DNA of 63,598 nucleotides, counting the filler, from Octopus bimaculoides (Eukaryota), in NCBI RefSeq assembly GCF_001194135.2. It is 6 parts of 6 records of this genome, joined end to end, with 100 filler letters (N's around TTAATTAATTAA, not from the genome) between each part and the next. Parts side by side here need not be neighbours in the genome. Positions count along the whole stretch, not along the records: positions 6,742 to 29,888 come from NC_069003.1; 5 more parts are not named here. One strand, given 5' to 3'. Each line of letters begins with the position of its first letter. Positions within the stretch are counted from its first letter, which is position 1. A model generated the notes under the pieces. The model was given only the letters and a program-made list of their open reading frames with translations. It was not told the origin of the DNA and did no database searches. Positions 12,355 to 23,745 of this stretch are shown here, in pieces. A program made the translations under genes and the position numbers.

Positions 12355-12689
12355 TATGTCTATACACGTGTTTGTATGTGTATGTGTCTGTCTGTGTGTG
12401 TCTGTGTGTGTCTGTCTGTGTCTGTGTGTATAGGAGTCGAACAGCTTGTTGCCACTTTAATATTCCACTAATATTGGATATTATATTGAATGTTTGAAAG
12501 CTAAATTATACAAAGAATCGAGGATTGCTTTTCTTGCCATTGATTAGTATTGAATTTCCTATACTTATCTCCTTTAATTAAAATTTTTCTAATTATACTT
12601 GAGTGCTTCTCAGGTATCCAGTCCTTCGAGAATTATCCCAATATTTGCCAATGTGTGATCTTCCTTGTATGAACTACTAGACCCAGTCC

Positions 12690-13400
12690 CCTAAGACAAT
12701 TTAAAACAGACAGTTAAAACAGGACCCTTTCCTGTACGCATGGGGGAGACTCTTTGATGATGTCTCCAAAACCAAACAAAACTCTCCTCTGCTTCTAGAA
12801 ACCATCCGCTAACTTTGGAAGAAGCCTCGACAGTACATTTAACATCTCTGACTTCAACTCGGTTGCAATAGCTTCAACAGCGCAGCATATATCTTCATCA
12901 TATCTGATTTCCTGAATCTGCTAGAAGATACGAAACTGCGTGCACGACTATGTACATTTAGTAATCGGTTTGGATCCACTGTGGAAAGGTCGTCATGAAG
13001 TTGTTTGAAAGCAGGTACAAGATTTGAGTAGGTTGTGCTTGTTGAAGTGGTGAACGAAAGGAATGGCGTCGACAAGTTGCAGTCCAATCAGCGCTCCTGT
13101 GCATTACAAGAATTTAAGAACAGATCTATGAAACATCTTACGATACAAGCCAGTTGGTTTGCAACATGCTCGTATTTCGCCAAATACGATGCAACATCAT
13201 CCAGGTGGTACAAAGCTATTGCAGAAGTCAAAATGAGACGGTTAAAGCGTTCATTCTTCAGAACGTGGTTGAATGTGCTGGTCGAATTCACCAGCTTTGT
13301 TCCATGACTTGTGATCAAAATTATGATTGAATACTCTTGTTATGCAATCAAGAGCCTGTTCAGTGACACTGAATGAACTCGATGTTGAATTTGCAAGAAA
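12690..13400 (-). mobile_element. Decayed transposase-like ORF, superfamily uncertain
   Basis: Frameshifted ORFs ALYHLDDVASYLAKYEHVANQLACIVRCF, PFLSFTTSTSTTYSNLVPAFKQLHDDL and LLPKLADGF*KQRRVLFGFG. The last motif resembles an uncharacterised invertebrate transposase-like family recalled from memory. Confidence 0.45.
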
Positions 13401-13674
13401 ATTCGAATAAATTTTGTCACTCCACTGTTTAGCTATAACTCGATTGAACATAAGTGAAGGGTGCACATTGCTAAACAGATGTTCAGGACTTACCCCACCC
13501 CCGAAATTACTGGCATTGTGATAAAGTTTGAAATCAATATTTGTGTATTTGTGTTTTTTTCTATCACATTGTTTATCAGTCTGTCTGTCTGTCTGTTTAT
13601 TTATCTATCAAGCTATCCAACCATCTACCTGTCTGCCTGTCTATCTTTATCTCTCTCGCTCTGTGTATGTGTGT

Positions 13675-13765
<91 letters not shown>
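13675..13765. repeat. (TG)n microsatellite, about 45 units
   Basis: Seen directly. Confidence 0.97.
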
Positions 13766-13769
<4 letters not shown>

Positions 13770-14039
13770 CAGCCTTCACCACCACAACCACTGTTTATCA
13801 CGAACGGCAACACAGCCGTCATCAACACCCAAACCAATACAACCAACAACAACCAATTCACCAAGTTTTTAATTACCAGCTGCCAACAACAATAGTATCA
13901 ACATGATAGCAATATTTGTAGCTTCATATGTCAGAACAATGGAAGATGTATGTGTGAAAGAGTAGTCTGTGGAGATTTTATAGCTGAAATCAGAGATGCA
14001 AGAAGTAAAGTGCTGATGAACCGGGTAACCCTTCAACTA

Positions 14040-14700
14040 ACCGATTCATTCTTCAACTAACTGATTAATTGAAGAAGCTTCTCTGTTAATTGCTCGGATT
14101 TAAATTTTTCATAGATCTAATGTGATACATAAATAGAACAGGTCTTGAGAGAATGGACCGAGAATCAGACTCAAAGCAATATAGTTTGCATGGCGAAACT
14201 TTCCATGAAAAACTCTTTCCTAGTTAGTAATGGCTGGTTTGAAATGTTTAAGACAAGCTTGTATTTGCACATCAGAAAATGACTGGGGAAGCGACCAGAG
14301 CCGCTACAGAGGCTACTGCTTAACTTTATTTCTCAAGTAGAAAAATCAACATCAAGATTTAAAGCTTCCAAACATCATCTGACGTTTCTTCTAGAAGATA
14401 GAGCCGCAAATAATATGAAATTAAAGCTCCTATATTTATATAATGAGAGTGCATGCCGCTGATGAAATTAAATTAAGACCCCTTCGCGTATATCATACCG
14501 GAAGTTCGAAGGCATTCAAGGATGACGTAAAGTTTAATCTTACCTCTGATTTGATGTTCAAAAACAAAAGCATGGAAGATAAAATGGAAAGTTTTCGGTT
14601 AGTAATTTCCAAACATTATTTGCCTTACCATGCCATACGAAAGGAATAGCACTTTTAGAAAATGGTTTACAAGTTTTTGCTGGTAATGACTCTAATTGTG
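14040..14700 (+). mobile_element. pogo/Tigger DNA transposon remnant
   Basis: SNGWFEMFK, TGEA and HAADEIKLRPLRVYHTGSSKAFK match pogo motifs (GWF..FK, +.GEA, NAAG..KLKP++IY.S..P+A+K). Confidence 0.7.
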
Positions 14701-14799
14701 AACGGAGCATAAAAATTGGAGTGGATGAATGGGTTGAGAGGGGAAAAGGGTAGTGGATTGAAAAGGTACGGGTTAAACGAGTTGGATTTGTAGTACGGT

Positions 14800-15730
14800 A
14801 AAGATGGGAATATCTTTGAGATTGGTAGTTTAAATTGTTTGATATGTGGGTAAAGTGTGAATTTTTATGATAAGTGTATTCACTGTAAGGTAAATGTAGT
14901 TAACTTTTCTGTTAGACAGAGGTTGTATTTATTGCTTCGTCTATTATATTTGTTAGTTTCTGTGATAATGCTCCAGTTGCGATTCATGCAAAACCATATA
15001 AACTTAGAAAGTGACGTACCATTATGTTTGTTTTTGTCTCTGAAAGGAGCGGTATACTGTATGTATCGAACCTTGAATATGTTACCTGTGAGTTTGATAT
15101 ATGCCTTTACTGATCCATCTGAATTAGGCGCCAAAATCAGATCCTTCTCCTGTATTTGTTGTCTGGAGTACAGATTTTGGTGGATTTATAGTTGCATAAT
15201 TGTTGATAAGCATTATTTTGGGTATTTATTTTGGGGAGGGTTATGATGAAGGAGGATTTGTGAATTTATGTTTGGAAGGCAAATCTAGCTAATCTTTAAC
15301 AATGTTTCTGTTAAATATTTCATGAAATTATGTGATCGTGAAAAGTGATTGGCTGGCAAAATATGTTTCCACCTTCAAGGTATACGGTCGACTGAACCAT
15401 ATGATTTTTCTAAGCTTATGTCTCTTGTGTTTTATTTCGGTGGGTTCAATATAACTGATGTTCCCACTGAATTTTTACCTCGTTAGTGCAGAACATCTCT
15501 ATCGAATGTTACATCATACGAAGGAAGGCGAGAGATGCTCTTACAAATGTTGAGTTCGGATAACTGAAGGTGGACGATTAATGCACGAGGTTATTTCACT
15601 TGGCTTCTGAAAGAAGCGGAATTTATCTGTCTTAAGGTACATGTTAATATCCAAATAACTGACAGTATTGAGATTGGTGTTAACTGTTAACATTAGACAA
15701 AACTATTTGAATATCATAATTGTTATTTTC
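14800..15730 (-). mobile_element. Penelope-like element: RT thumb, linker and GIY-YIG endonuclease remnant
   Basis: RKIIWFSRPY, HEIFNRNIVK, YIKLTGNIFKVRY, TSLSKFIW and YNLCLTEK match PLE linker and GIY-YIG motifs. Confidence 0.88.
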
Positions 15731-16459
15731 TTAATGATATCCATACCGTATCCATATATCTGTGTATGTGTATGTATAAACATGCATACATATAAGACGG
15801 GCTTTCGTACAGTTTCTGTTTAGAAAATTTACAAAGAAATTGTTGGTTAGTCTAAAGTTGTAGTAAAAGATGCTTGTCCAAGATGATTTGACTACACACA
15901 CACACACACACACACACACATGAGAAAACACACATACACACACATGCGCCTACACACAGATACACACACAAAAAAAACAAACAGTTGTGTATTCCATCGT
16001 GGGCCTTCACTAAACTTTCCGCAATTTGCTTGTCACCTTTACTCGGTGCATATTTTGAGAGAGTAAACAGAATGCAGTTAATTTGACATTTTACTGCAAA
16101 CTAAATAGCCACTCGAGTCGAGAGAAAACGAGAAAAAAAAACAAGTATTGATTGATTTCCTGTAAATACCATTGAAACAAATGAGAGAAGCAAGATTGTT
16201 TTCCATTTGTTTGTTTCTTTCTTCACTGGTTTTGGCATAGAAGGAGAAGAGTGATGTGCATCCGATATATATTGTCATTACTGTTATGATATATATGAAA
16301 TAACATAAACACATCTTTCATATACTTTTCCTTTCAATTGCTCAGTTTTTCCGTCTGTCTCTCCATTTTTTTTATTCCATTTCCTCCTCCTCCTCTTTCT
16401 TCTAAAACCGCTCTTTTATTTCGTCTTTCAACTTTTCCCTTTACTTTTGCTGCAACGGC

Positions 16460-16690
16460 TGCAAATACAAGTTATAATACTATAGCCAATTCGGGAGCAT
16501 TTTACTCAGGCAGTCATACTGCTGGAAATAGTAACCAAATCACATACATAAAATTTGATCCTACATTCAACCGAAATAAAGCCACTGATAATCAGATATT
16601 CGCATTAAGGTATAAAAGGTACTTTTCTGCGGATTAAAACAAAAGTTGTGGAGAGCGGCAGCTTGAAGACCTTTGATCATGAGCTTCTGC
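16460..16690 (+). mobile_element. LINE (RTE-like) RT remnant
   Basis: FNRNKATDNQIFALR resembles the RT motif GFR..RST.DQIF.LR. Confidence 0.45.
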
Positions 16691-17470
16691 AAAATAATTC
16701 TATTATACCACCCGCGTTGTGAATGAATTTGATAGACGGAAACTGAAAGATGTCTGCACTGTTCTGTCTTGTTTTTACTGTCTTTTACTGTCTTGTTCTC
16801 ACTGTCCTGTTCTTGTTAACACTTTCACCCTCCGCAAAAAATTCCAAATTTTATTTAATTCGCTTTACGGGAAGGACTGTTCCAACGAAGTCGCGTATTG
16901 TCCTTGCCTTCGAAACGCGGAGTAGATGGAACAGGGACAACTGAAAAAGGGAAATATTCTTTATGTTGCATGTCTCGTTTCTCTGTTTGTTTTTTGTTTT
17001 TTTTTTCGTTGTTCGAAAAAAGTTCGTTNNNNNNNNNNNNNNNNNNNNNNNNNNNNNNNNNNNNNNNNNNNNNNNNNNNNNNNNNNNNNNNNNNNNNNNN
17101 NNNNNNNNNNNNNNNNNNNNNNNNNNNNNNNNNNNNNNNNNNNNNNNNNNNNNNNNNNNNNNNNNNNNNNNNNNNNNNNNNNNNNNNNNNNNNNNNNNNN
17201 NNNNNNNNNNNNNNNNNNNNNNNNNNNNNNNNNNNNNNNNNNNNNNNNNNNNNNNNNNNNNNNNNNNNNNNNNNNNNNNNNNNNNNNNNNNNNNNNNNNN
17301 NNNNNNNNNNNNNNNNNNNNNNNNNNNNNNNNNNNNNNNNNNNNNNNNNNNNNNNNNNNNNNNNNNNNNNNNNNNNNNNNNNNNNNNNNNNNNNNNNNNN
17401 NNNNNNNNNNNNNNNNNNNNNNNNNNNNNNNNNNNNNNNNNNNNNNNNNNNNNNNNNNNNNNNNNNNNNN

Positions 17471-17830
17471 GTGTAAATAACAAAAGGATGTATTAGTATG
17501 ACGCTCGGGAATACGGAAAGTCTTTGACGTTTCGAGCTACGCTCTTCAACAGAAAGAATACGGAGACAAGGAGAAAATCATTGAGAAAAAAAATTGAATA
17601 GTGTCCAGTCAACGGTCAATCATAATAATGGCTGATCATAACAATGGCTGACCGGAAGTTAGAAATTCTTTTTTCAGGAGAGCTAAGAAAAGGGGGAGAT
17701 AACAAACGGTGATCGAAGAACGAGGGGCTGTGTGTGGGAGATAGAATGCTGGTGATCTTGACGTATGTAGTGTGAAAATGGGGAAGGGAGAAAGGAGTTG
17801 GTCAGTTGTAGTGTGTATCAATTCATAATA
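17471..17830 (-). mobile_element. Penelope-type 3' region / pLTR with HHR-like motif
   Basis: Homologous to 6420-6615; contains the HHR fold at 17521-17557. Confidence 0.6.
17521..17557 (-). ncRNA. Minimal type I hammerhead-like motif, variant core CUGUUGA (A6U), GUC site
   Basis: Minus strand: TCTTT-CTGTTGA-A-GAGC-gta-GCTC-GAAAC-GTC-AAAGA. Stem I is 5 bp, stem II is 4 bp, stem III is loopless (ACGT). Confidence 0.62.
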
Positions 17831-17955
17831 GAACATAAGGATAAAAATCGTGATAATGATTTTTATCAAGTAGTCAGCATACTATAAAAATTTACAGGCA
17901 ATTTATACATTAAAATAATAATAATGTACATATTTATATGATTATATTATGGGAT

Positions 17956-18038
17956 CAAGGGTGAAAACGACCTATCTCCAGCATGCTTGAAGGTATCGGC
18001 ACTTCAAGCATACTAGAGATAGGTCGTTTTCGCCCTTG
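17956..18038. repeat. 83-nt hairpin: 37-bp stem with 3 non-Watson-Crick positions and a 9-nt loop
   Basis: caagggtgaaaacgacctatctccagcatgcttgaag-gtatcggca-cttcaagcatactagagataggtcgttttcgcccttg. Confidence 0.93.
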
Positions 18039-18184
18039 CTCGCTCAATATAATTAAATATATATATATATAATGTATATACATACATACATACATACATG
18101 CATACATACATATATGTATGTATTATGTGTGTATGTATGTATGTATGTATGTATGTATGTATGTATGTATATGTGTGTGCATAA

Positions 18185-18375
18185 CTATGTGAGTGTCGTT
18201 TCGTGTGTTTATCTTCCTGTAACGTAGCAGTACGGCAAAAAGCGACGATAGAATAAGTACCAGGCTTATGAAAAATAATTAGTCCTGGGGTAGATTTGTT
18301 CGACTAAACCCTTTAAGGCGGCGCCCCAGCATGGCCGCAGTTAAATGACTGAAACAAGTTAGAGATAAAAGATGA
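18185..18375 (+). mobile_element. SINE family A, 3' portion
   Basis: Diverged family A tail. Confidence 0.8.
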
Positions 18376-18439
18376 ATGATATCAAAACCAATACCAAAAT
18401 ATCAGAATATTGGTTTCTTTTTTTTGGCCCAATGCCAGC

Positions 18440-18570
18440 AAGTTGGAGTGGGTGCGAGCTGATTACATCGACCCCAGTGCTCAACTGGTACTTATTTTAT
18501 CAGCCTCCGGAAGGATGAAAGGCAAAGTCGACTTCGGCAGAACTTGAACTCAGAACGTAAAAAACGGACG
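18440..18570 (-). mobile_element. tRNA-derived SINE, family B, partial
   Basis: The 'aaggatgaaaggcaaagtcgac...gaactcagaacgt' block recurs many times in the window. Confidence 0.85.
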
Positions 18571-18573
18571 GTA

Positions 18574-19082
18574 TAACCATAGGTTATTATACGCTAAAAG
18601 AAAAACCACTAAGTGGCTTCCTTACTTACTGAAAGAAGATGTCAGATCTTCAAACCACGTAAAATACGTTCTTGTATATATAGCACGTTGGATGTGAGCG
18701 GGCAAGACAATATCACAAAACTTTAAAAGACCAGTTATTTTTATACCTCGAAGTTTCACCATTAATAATTAAACAACTCTCTGTGAATCTTCGGAATGTA
18801 CGTGTATCCTATGGGGATATAGTATGTATTTGAGTTTTGTAATTACACATCACCGGCAGATTTTACTGAAAATCCACAGATAATTGTTTAATTATTAATG
18901 GTAAAACTTCGAGGTACAGAAATAACTGATCTTTTAGATTTTGTCATATTGTCTTGCACGCTTACATCTAACGTGATATGTATGAGAAGGTATTTTACGT
19001 GGTATGAAGATCTGACATCTTCTTTCAGCAAGCAAGGAACCACTTTGTGGTTTTCCTCTTAGTGTTTAATCACCTATGGTTC
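18574..19082. mobile_element. MITE with long (about 210 bp) TIRs and TA target-site duplication, Tc1/mariner type
   Basis: TA at 18572-18573 and 19083-19084. Termini are taaccatagg... and ...cctatggttc. The arms match over their length, e.g. gaaagaagatgtcagatcttca / tgaagatctgacatcttctttc. Confidence 0.85.
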
Positions 19083-19655
19083 TACACACGCACACACATA
19101 TATATATGTATATATATAAATAAACATGTTCTTAACTACGCACACAATATGAGAACAAACTGTTTTAATTGCTGTCTTATTTCTCATCCTCGGTTTCGAA
19201 TTATAAATATTTGATAAGATGGAGTTCTTAAGTCAATGTAACAACTTTAAAAATATTTATTCTGTCCGATTATAGGAGAAAAGTAAAAAAAAAAAAGAGT
19301 CTTTAAACATTCTTCTGTGCTGTTTCCACTTTTACTTTTTACCTATAACCTTTGATTTGTATGGATTCTTAACCTTTTTTCAACTATATATATATATATN
19401 NNNNNNNNNNNNNTAAATAATAAGTGTGAAAAATTGAATATTAATTTGATTAATATCAATGTAAAACCAGTGGCCCAGCATATTGAAAAGTCTGAAGATT
19501 CAGAAAAATTATATTACATACATATAAGAGGGATGACCACTAAGTGGACATCCATTATGCTAGAAGAAGACCACCTATGGTCTGACCACTAAGAAAAGAT
19601 TCTTCTCAAGAAAATTCAGCAAACGCCTGAAAGTAAGCGAGCAAGACAAATGAAA

Positions 19656-19718
19656 AGATGCAAAATATAAAGATTAATCACAAACTCGGTTTGTGATTAA
19701 TCTTTATATTTTGCATCT
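19656..19718. repeat. Perfect 30-bp inverted repeat with a 3-nt loop
   Basis: agatgcaaaatataaagattaatcacaaac-tcg-gtttgtgattaatctttatattttgcatct. Confidence 0.97.
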
Positions 19719-19719
19719 C

Positions 19720-19910
19720 AGGGGTCTTAGAATACCTGACGTCTCAACAGCAACCGACACAAACTGATAGCAGACGACCAGGCCCCTGTATTTATTGGTT
19801 TTTCTCTCCGCTTTGCAGACGGTGGCACACGGGTTTGCAGCAGATGCTGCAAGGTTCGAGTCGAAGAACGTGTCCCTGCACGTTGCATCCCAGACTAGAG
19901 ATCTCCTGGT
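19720..19910 (-). mobile_element. CRE-like non-LTR retrotransposon, restriction-like endonuclease (RLE) remnant
   Basis: LVWDATCRDT...AERKTNKYRGL...YQFVSVAVETSG matches the WD+TC.DT / AE..K..KY..L / F.P+A.ET.G pattern of CRE-type RLE domains. Confidence 0.75.
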
Positions 19911-20699
19911 TATGTACAAGTTAGAAAGCTTAAATTCAAACACAAAAAAATCCACGTTTTTGTGTTTAAATTTAAGCCTCCACGTTGTTCACATACAATT
20001 AATAAGAATTAAATTTAAATTCCCGAATGTCCTGCTGTCATTCTCTAAAATAAAATTTGTCAGCTTAGAGAGTGCCTAAGTCTCTAACTATACAATTTCT
20101 AAAATCTTTCGTAATATTTCGAATGCGAAGAATGGGGAAATAAGTTTAAAACATGTAATTACTTAAATGGTATTTGATATTACAAGAATTATCTTGTCTT
20201 TTCTGTCTCAAACAGGTGCTATAATGTCTAATAGACATTAGGAACTTTGATAATTAAATAAGCCATTCATATTTAACATACAAATAAATGTGTACATAGC
20301 GATGCTTTGTATGCAATACTACACTAATGTAAAATAGATTTCGAAGCAAGACTGCAAATAGTAATCAGAGATGGGGAGGGTGGCCATTACAGGTATTCTG
20401 GAGCGCTTAATTGCAATATTGATTAAGAATTATCTCTAAATATGTGCAAAGGAATAAAGTGAAAAGTTTCTCAACTTAACCCTTGTTCCACGAGTAATTT
20501 GAACAGGACGGGATGTATCTATCTATCTAACTAACCATCTATCTGTTCATAAAAATAATATATATACATAACATGTATGTATATAAATATCTATACATAT
20601 CAATATAAATAAGCATATATACATATATATAAATATATAGATATATATATACACATATTCATTTACACATAAAACTTAGATAAAACTTAGATATGTTTC

Positions 20700-20905
20700 G
20701 ACCAAAGATTGGTCCAGGCCATGTCTAACTTAATAACACCACCTGATAGGATTATCTAAATCCTTTTTAAGTCAGGTTTTGTTTATGGTCCATTCAAGTA
20801 GTGAGTTCTTGTTGAGTGAGTTGTATCCAGGTATGGGTGGCTTATCTGGTATTCCTTGAAGAAATCTGTCCAGACCCCCGTTTAAAGGTGATGGGATCCT
20901 TTTCC
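20700..20905 (-). mobile_element. CR1/L2-group LINE 3' end
   Basis: DPITFKRGLDRFLQGIPDKPPIPGYNSLNKNSLLEW matches the FK..LD.FL..+PD.P..PGY terminal motif. Confidence 0.7.
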
Positions 20906-20934
20906 TCTTTGATCAGTTTTGGGACATATATATA

Positions 20935-21143
20935 TTCTTTTATTTGTTTCAGTCATTTGACTGCGGCCATGCTGGAGCACCACCTTTAGTCGAACAAATC
21001 GACCCCATAACTTATTTTTTGTAAGCCTAGTACTTATTCTATGGGTCTCTTTTGCCGAACCGCTAAGATACGGGGTCGTAAACAAGCCAACATCGGTTGT
21101 CAAGCGATGATGAAGAGATAAACACAGACACATGAATGCATAC

Positions 21144-21175
<32 letters not shown>

Positions 21176-21200
21176 TCGTCGGGCTTCTTTCAGTTTCGAA
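20935..21200 (-). mobile_element. SINE family A, head missing
   Basis: Family A tail plus the start of the central domain. Confidence 0.85.
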
Positions 21201-21299
21201 ATATGCTTCAGTTTGCAAATCAATTGTCCTCACGTGATAACGTTCATAAAACTGCTGGCATTGATATGTATTTATAGGTACTATGATAGCATCACATGA

Positions 21300-21420
21300 A
21301 GTGACGAGTTGGCAGAAACGTTAGCACGCCGGGCGAAATGCTTAGCGGTATTTCGTCTGCCGATGTAAGGGACTTACCCCTCCTCCGAAATAGCTGGACT
21401 TGTACCAAATTTGAAATCAA
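21300..21420 (+). mobile_element. SINE family B with internal deletion
   Basis: Head 'gttggcagaaacgttagcacgccgggcgaaatgcttagcgg' joins directly to the family tail. Confidence 0.75.
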
Positions 21421-21906
21421 TATGATAAGATCACATGAAGCGGGTTCCTGACAAAATATTTTCGTAGAAAAAGCTTAAAAAGAACTATTGCAGTAATGTC
21501 GCTGTCAGCCTGTTTCATCCATGAAACGACAGAAACTTCTTATATCACGAGTTGTGAGTTGAAGTTAATTGCAAAAAGAAATGAAACCGCAATCTACCGA
21601 AATTAAAGAAAATTTCAGTTTTCATTGTAGTTATTGAACTATAAACGCAGCAAATATATTTTTGTAATTGAGTTAAAAAAACATATTTNNNNNNNNNNNN
21701 NNNNNNNNNNNNNNNNNNNNNNNNNNNNNNNNNNNNNNNNNNNNNNNNNNNNNNNNNNNNNNNNNNNNNNNNNNNNNNNNNNNNNNNNNNNNNNNNNNNN
21801 NNNNNNNNNNNNNNNNNNNNNNNNNNNNNNNNNNNNNNNNNNNNNNNNNNNNNNNNNNNNNNNNNNNNNNNNNNNNNNNNNNNNNNNNNNNNNNNNNNNN
21901 NNNNNN

Positions 21907-21955
<49 letters not shown>

Positions 21956-22189
21956 GTACATATATAAATGAGCATGCGCATTTAAGCAATTTGTGTCTAA
22001 GCACATTTGAAAGTTGTCAAAAATCATTGAAAATGAAATTAGTTAATAATTTGTTTGAGTTTAGGAGGATGGAAACGTTTTCTCTTCAATAACGCAACAA
22101 AATTCTTTCATTTCTGATGCAAAGAATGTATTTTCAACAGTTCGGCAACTACAACAAAAAAACTGCCATAATGACATCATTTCTCTTCG

Positions 22190-22396
22190 TCAAATGACAT
22201 GCAATTCCCAAAATGCATGTTGCTTCCTTTTTCTATCAAAATATTCTTTCTGTTTTCTCATTTGTTCGTATCTGATGTCGCTAAATAACCGATTGACCGA
22301 GTGACCACAAGTAATGACCGACTGACTTTGATTGATGCACGCAAAATGCAACCAAAATACTAATAATTGAGCCCCAAATCTTTTATCACTCATCAA
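22190..22396 (-). mobile_element. Possible Helitron Rep remnant
   Basis: FGAQLLVFWLHFAC...NRLF is weakly like the Rep motif G.PDLFITFTC...RVF. Very decayed. Confidence 0.25.
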
Positions 22397-22949
22397 CCAC
22401 TAAACACACAAGCATTCCAGAGCAGGAAAGAATTACACAATAAAGACAATGATTTAGTTTAATATACACAGTTTGTTATTAAATGATCGAAACGAAAGAG
22501 TTGTTATATCATTCTCCTTGCTAATGTTGACTAATTAAACCTCACTGATTTATTAATATTATTTTTCGTTTTATTCTAAGTGACTTCTAGTGGACCTCTT
22601 TCAATTAACAGAAAGGGTACGACACAGAGTGACATCAAAACACTGAAGTTTTATTTGCTTCTTGAATATCTTTTGGTTTTTCGAAATGTTAATTCAAATG
22701 ACTGAAATACGTATTACCGAGGAAGTTTTCAAAATACTTCTTCGTAAAAAGATTTTGAAGAGAAACCATTAAATATAAATTATTGGGGAGCAACGCCAAA
22801 TTACCTAATTTGCAAAGCTTTGACAATCCTTATTAGATATTTTCTAATTCATATAAAACAAAAAATGGCTAATTGAATTACTAAGGTAAGTTGTTTTTTA
22901 CTAACCATGTTTGTTATTTGTTGTAGAAAATATCACTTGGAATGGAAAA

Positions 22950-23745
22950 GGTAACGCTGATTGAAATAATCTGTAAATGGTCATAGAAAAACATGAATGT
23001 TCTCAAAGACATAAAATTCCTTATTGGTTTTAAAGCAAGTGGAAATACTTGCAGAGACCTAAAGTTAAATGTGCAAAAAATACAGAACATACAGCTGCAT
23101 AATAAAGTTAAATGGAACAGAATTATATTTACGACGATTGACTGATGCAGATATTTTTTAAGTCGCCAGAAACTATCAATATGTGACCATTTTGTATCTG
23201 GAATATCCAATGATTGCAAGGAAGTAAGATGAAAAATTAGCAAACTATCTAGATGCATTTTGTTTTCTTCTGGTCTCTCAAACAGAATTCAAAATTATTT
23301 AATCGATCAAAAAGTTATGTTGAACGAAACAGAAAATGAACTTAAGCAGGCTAAATTTGTTGCAATTCTTTTATAATGAAATATCTGATGAATCGAACTA
23401 TTCATAGTTGTCAACTGTTTTGCGTTATATTGCAAATGATTGTGTTACTAAAAAATGATTTAATCAGTTCAATGATGTTATTGCAGACCGTTCAGCAAAT
23501 GCTTTATCCGAACAGTTTTTAAATGCATTGAAACATGGAAGAATGAAAATAAATTACCCAAGCCTGTGATGATACCGCTACAATGGCAGACAGTTAAATG
23601 GAATGCAGTGAATGGGAAAGGAGAAGTATGAATCCGTAACCTTCGTTCATTGTCTTGCTCATATATTAAATTTAGCTCTTTCACAAGCATGCTTTGCTAT
23701 AAAAAAAATCAAAGATATATTTTCTACACTATTTGGCACTTTTTT
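22950..23745 (+). mobile_element. hAT (ZMYM1-like) transposase remnant
   Basis: FVHCLAHILNLALSQAC matches the hAT HC.AH.LNL motif; upstream are a degraded DE..D....QLS.VLRY motif and an M.G..NG+Q segment. Confidence 0.8.

Noticed and set aside
13770-13906. Q/N/T-rich ORFs after the (TG)n tract
   Set aside because: Degenerate (CAA/ACC)n low-complexity sequence, open in several frames.
20340-20415. EARLQIVIRDGEGGHYRYSGALNC resembles a mitochondrial carrier repeat
   Set aside because: It lacks the Px[DE]xx[KR] motif and a supporting exon chain; it fits equally well the RL..VI...GGH C-terminus of Tc1/mariner transposases.
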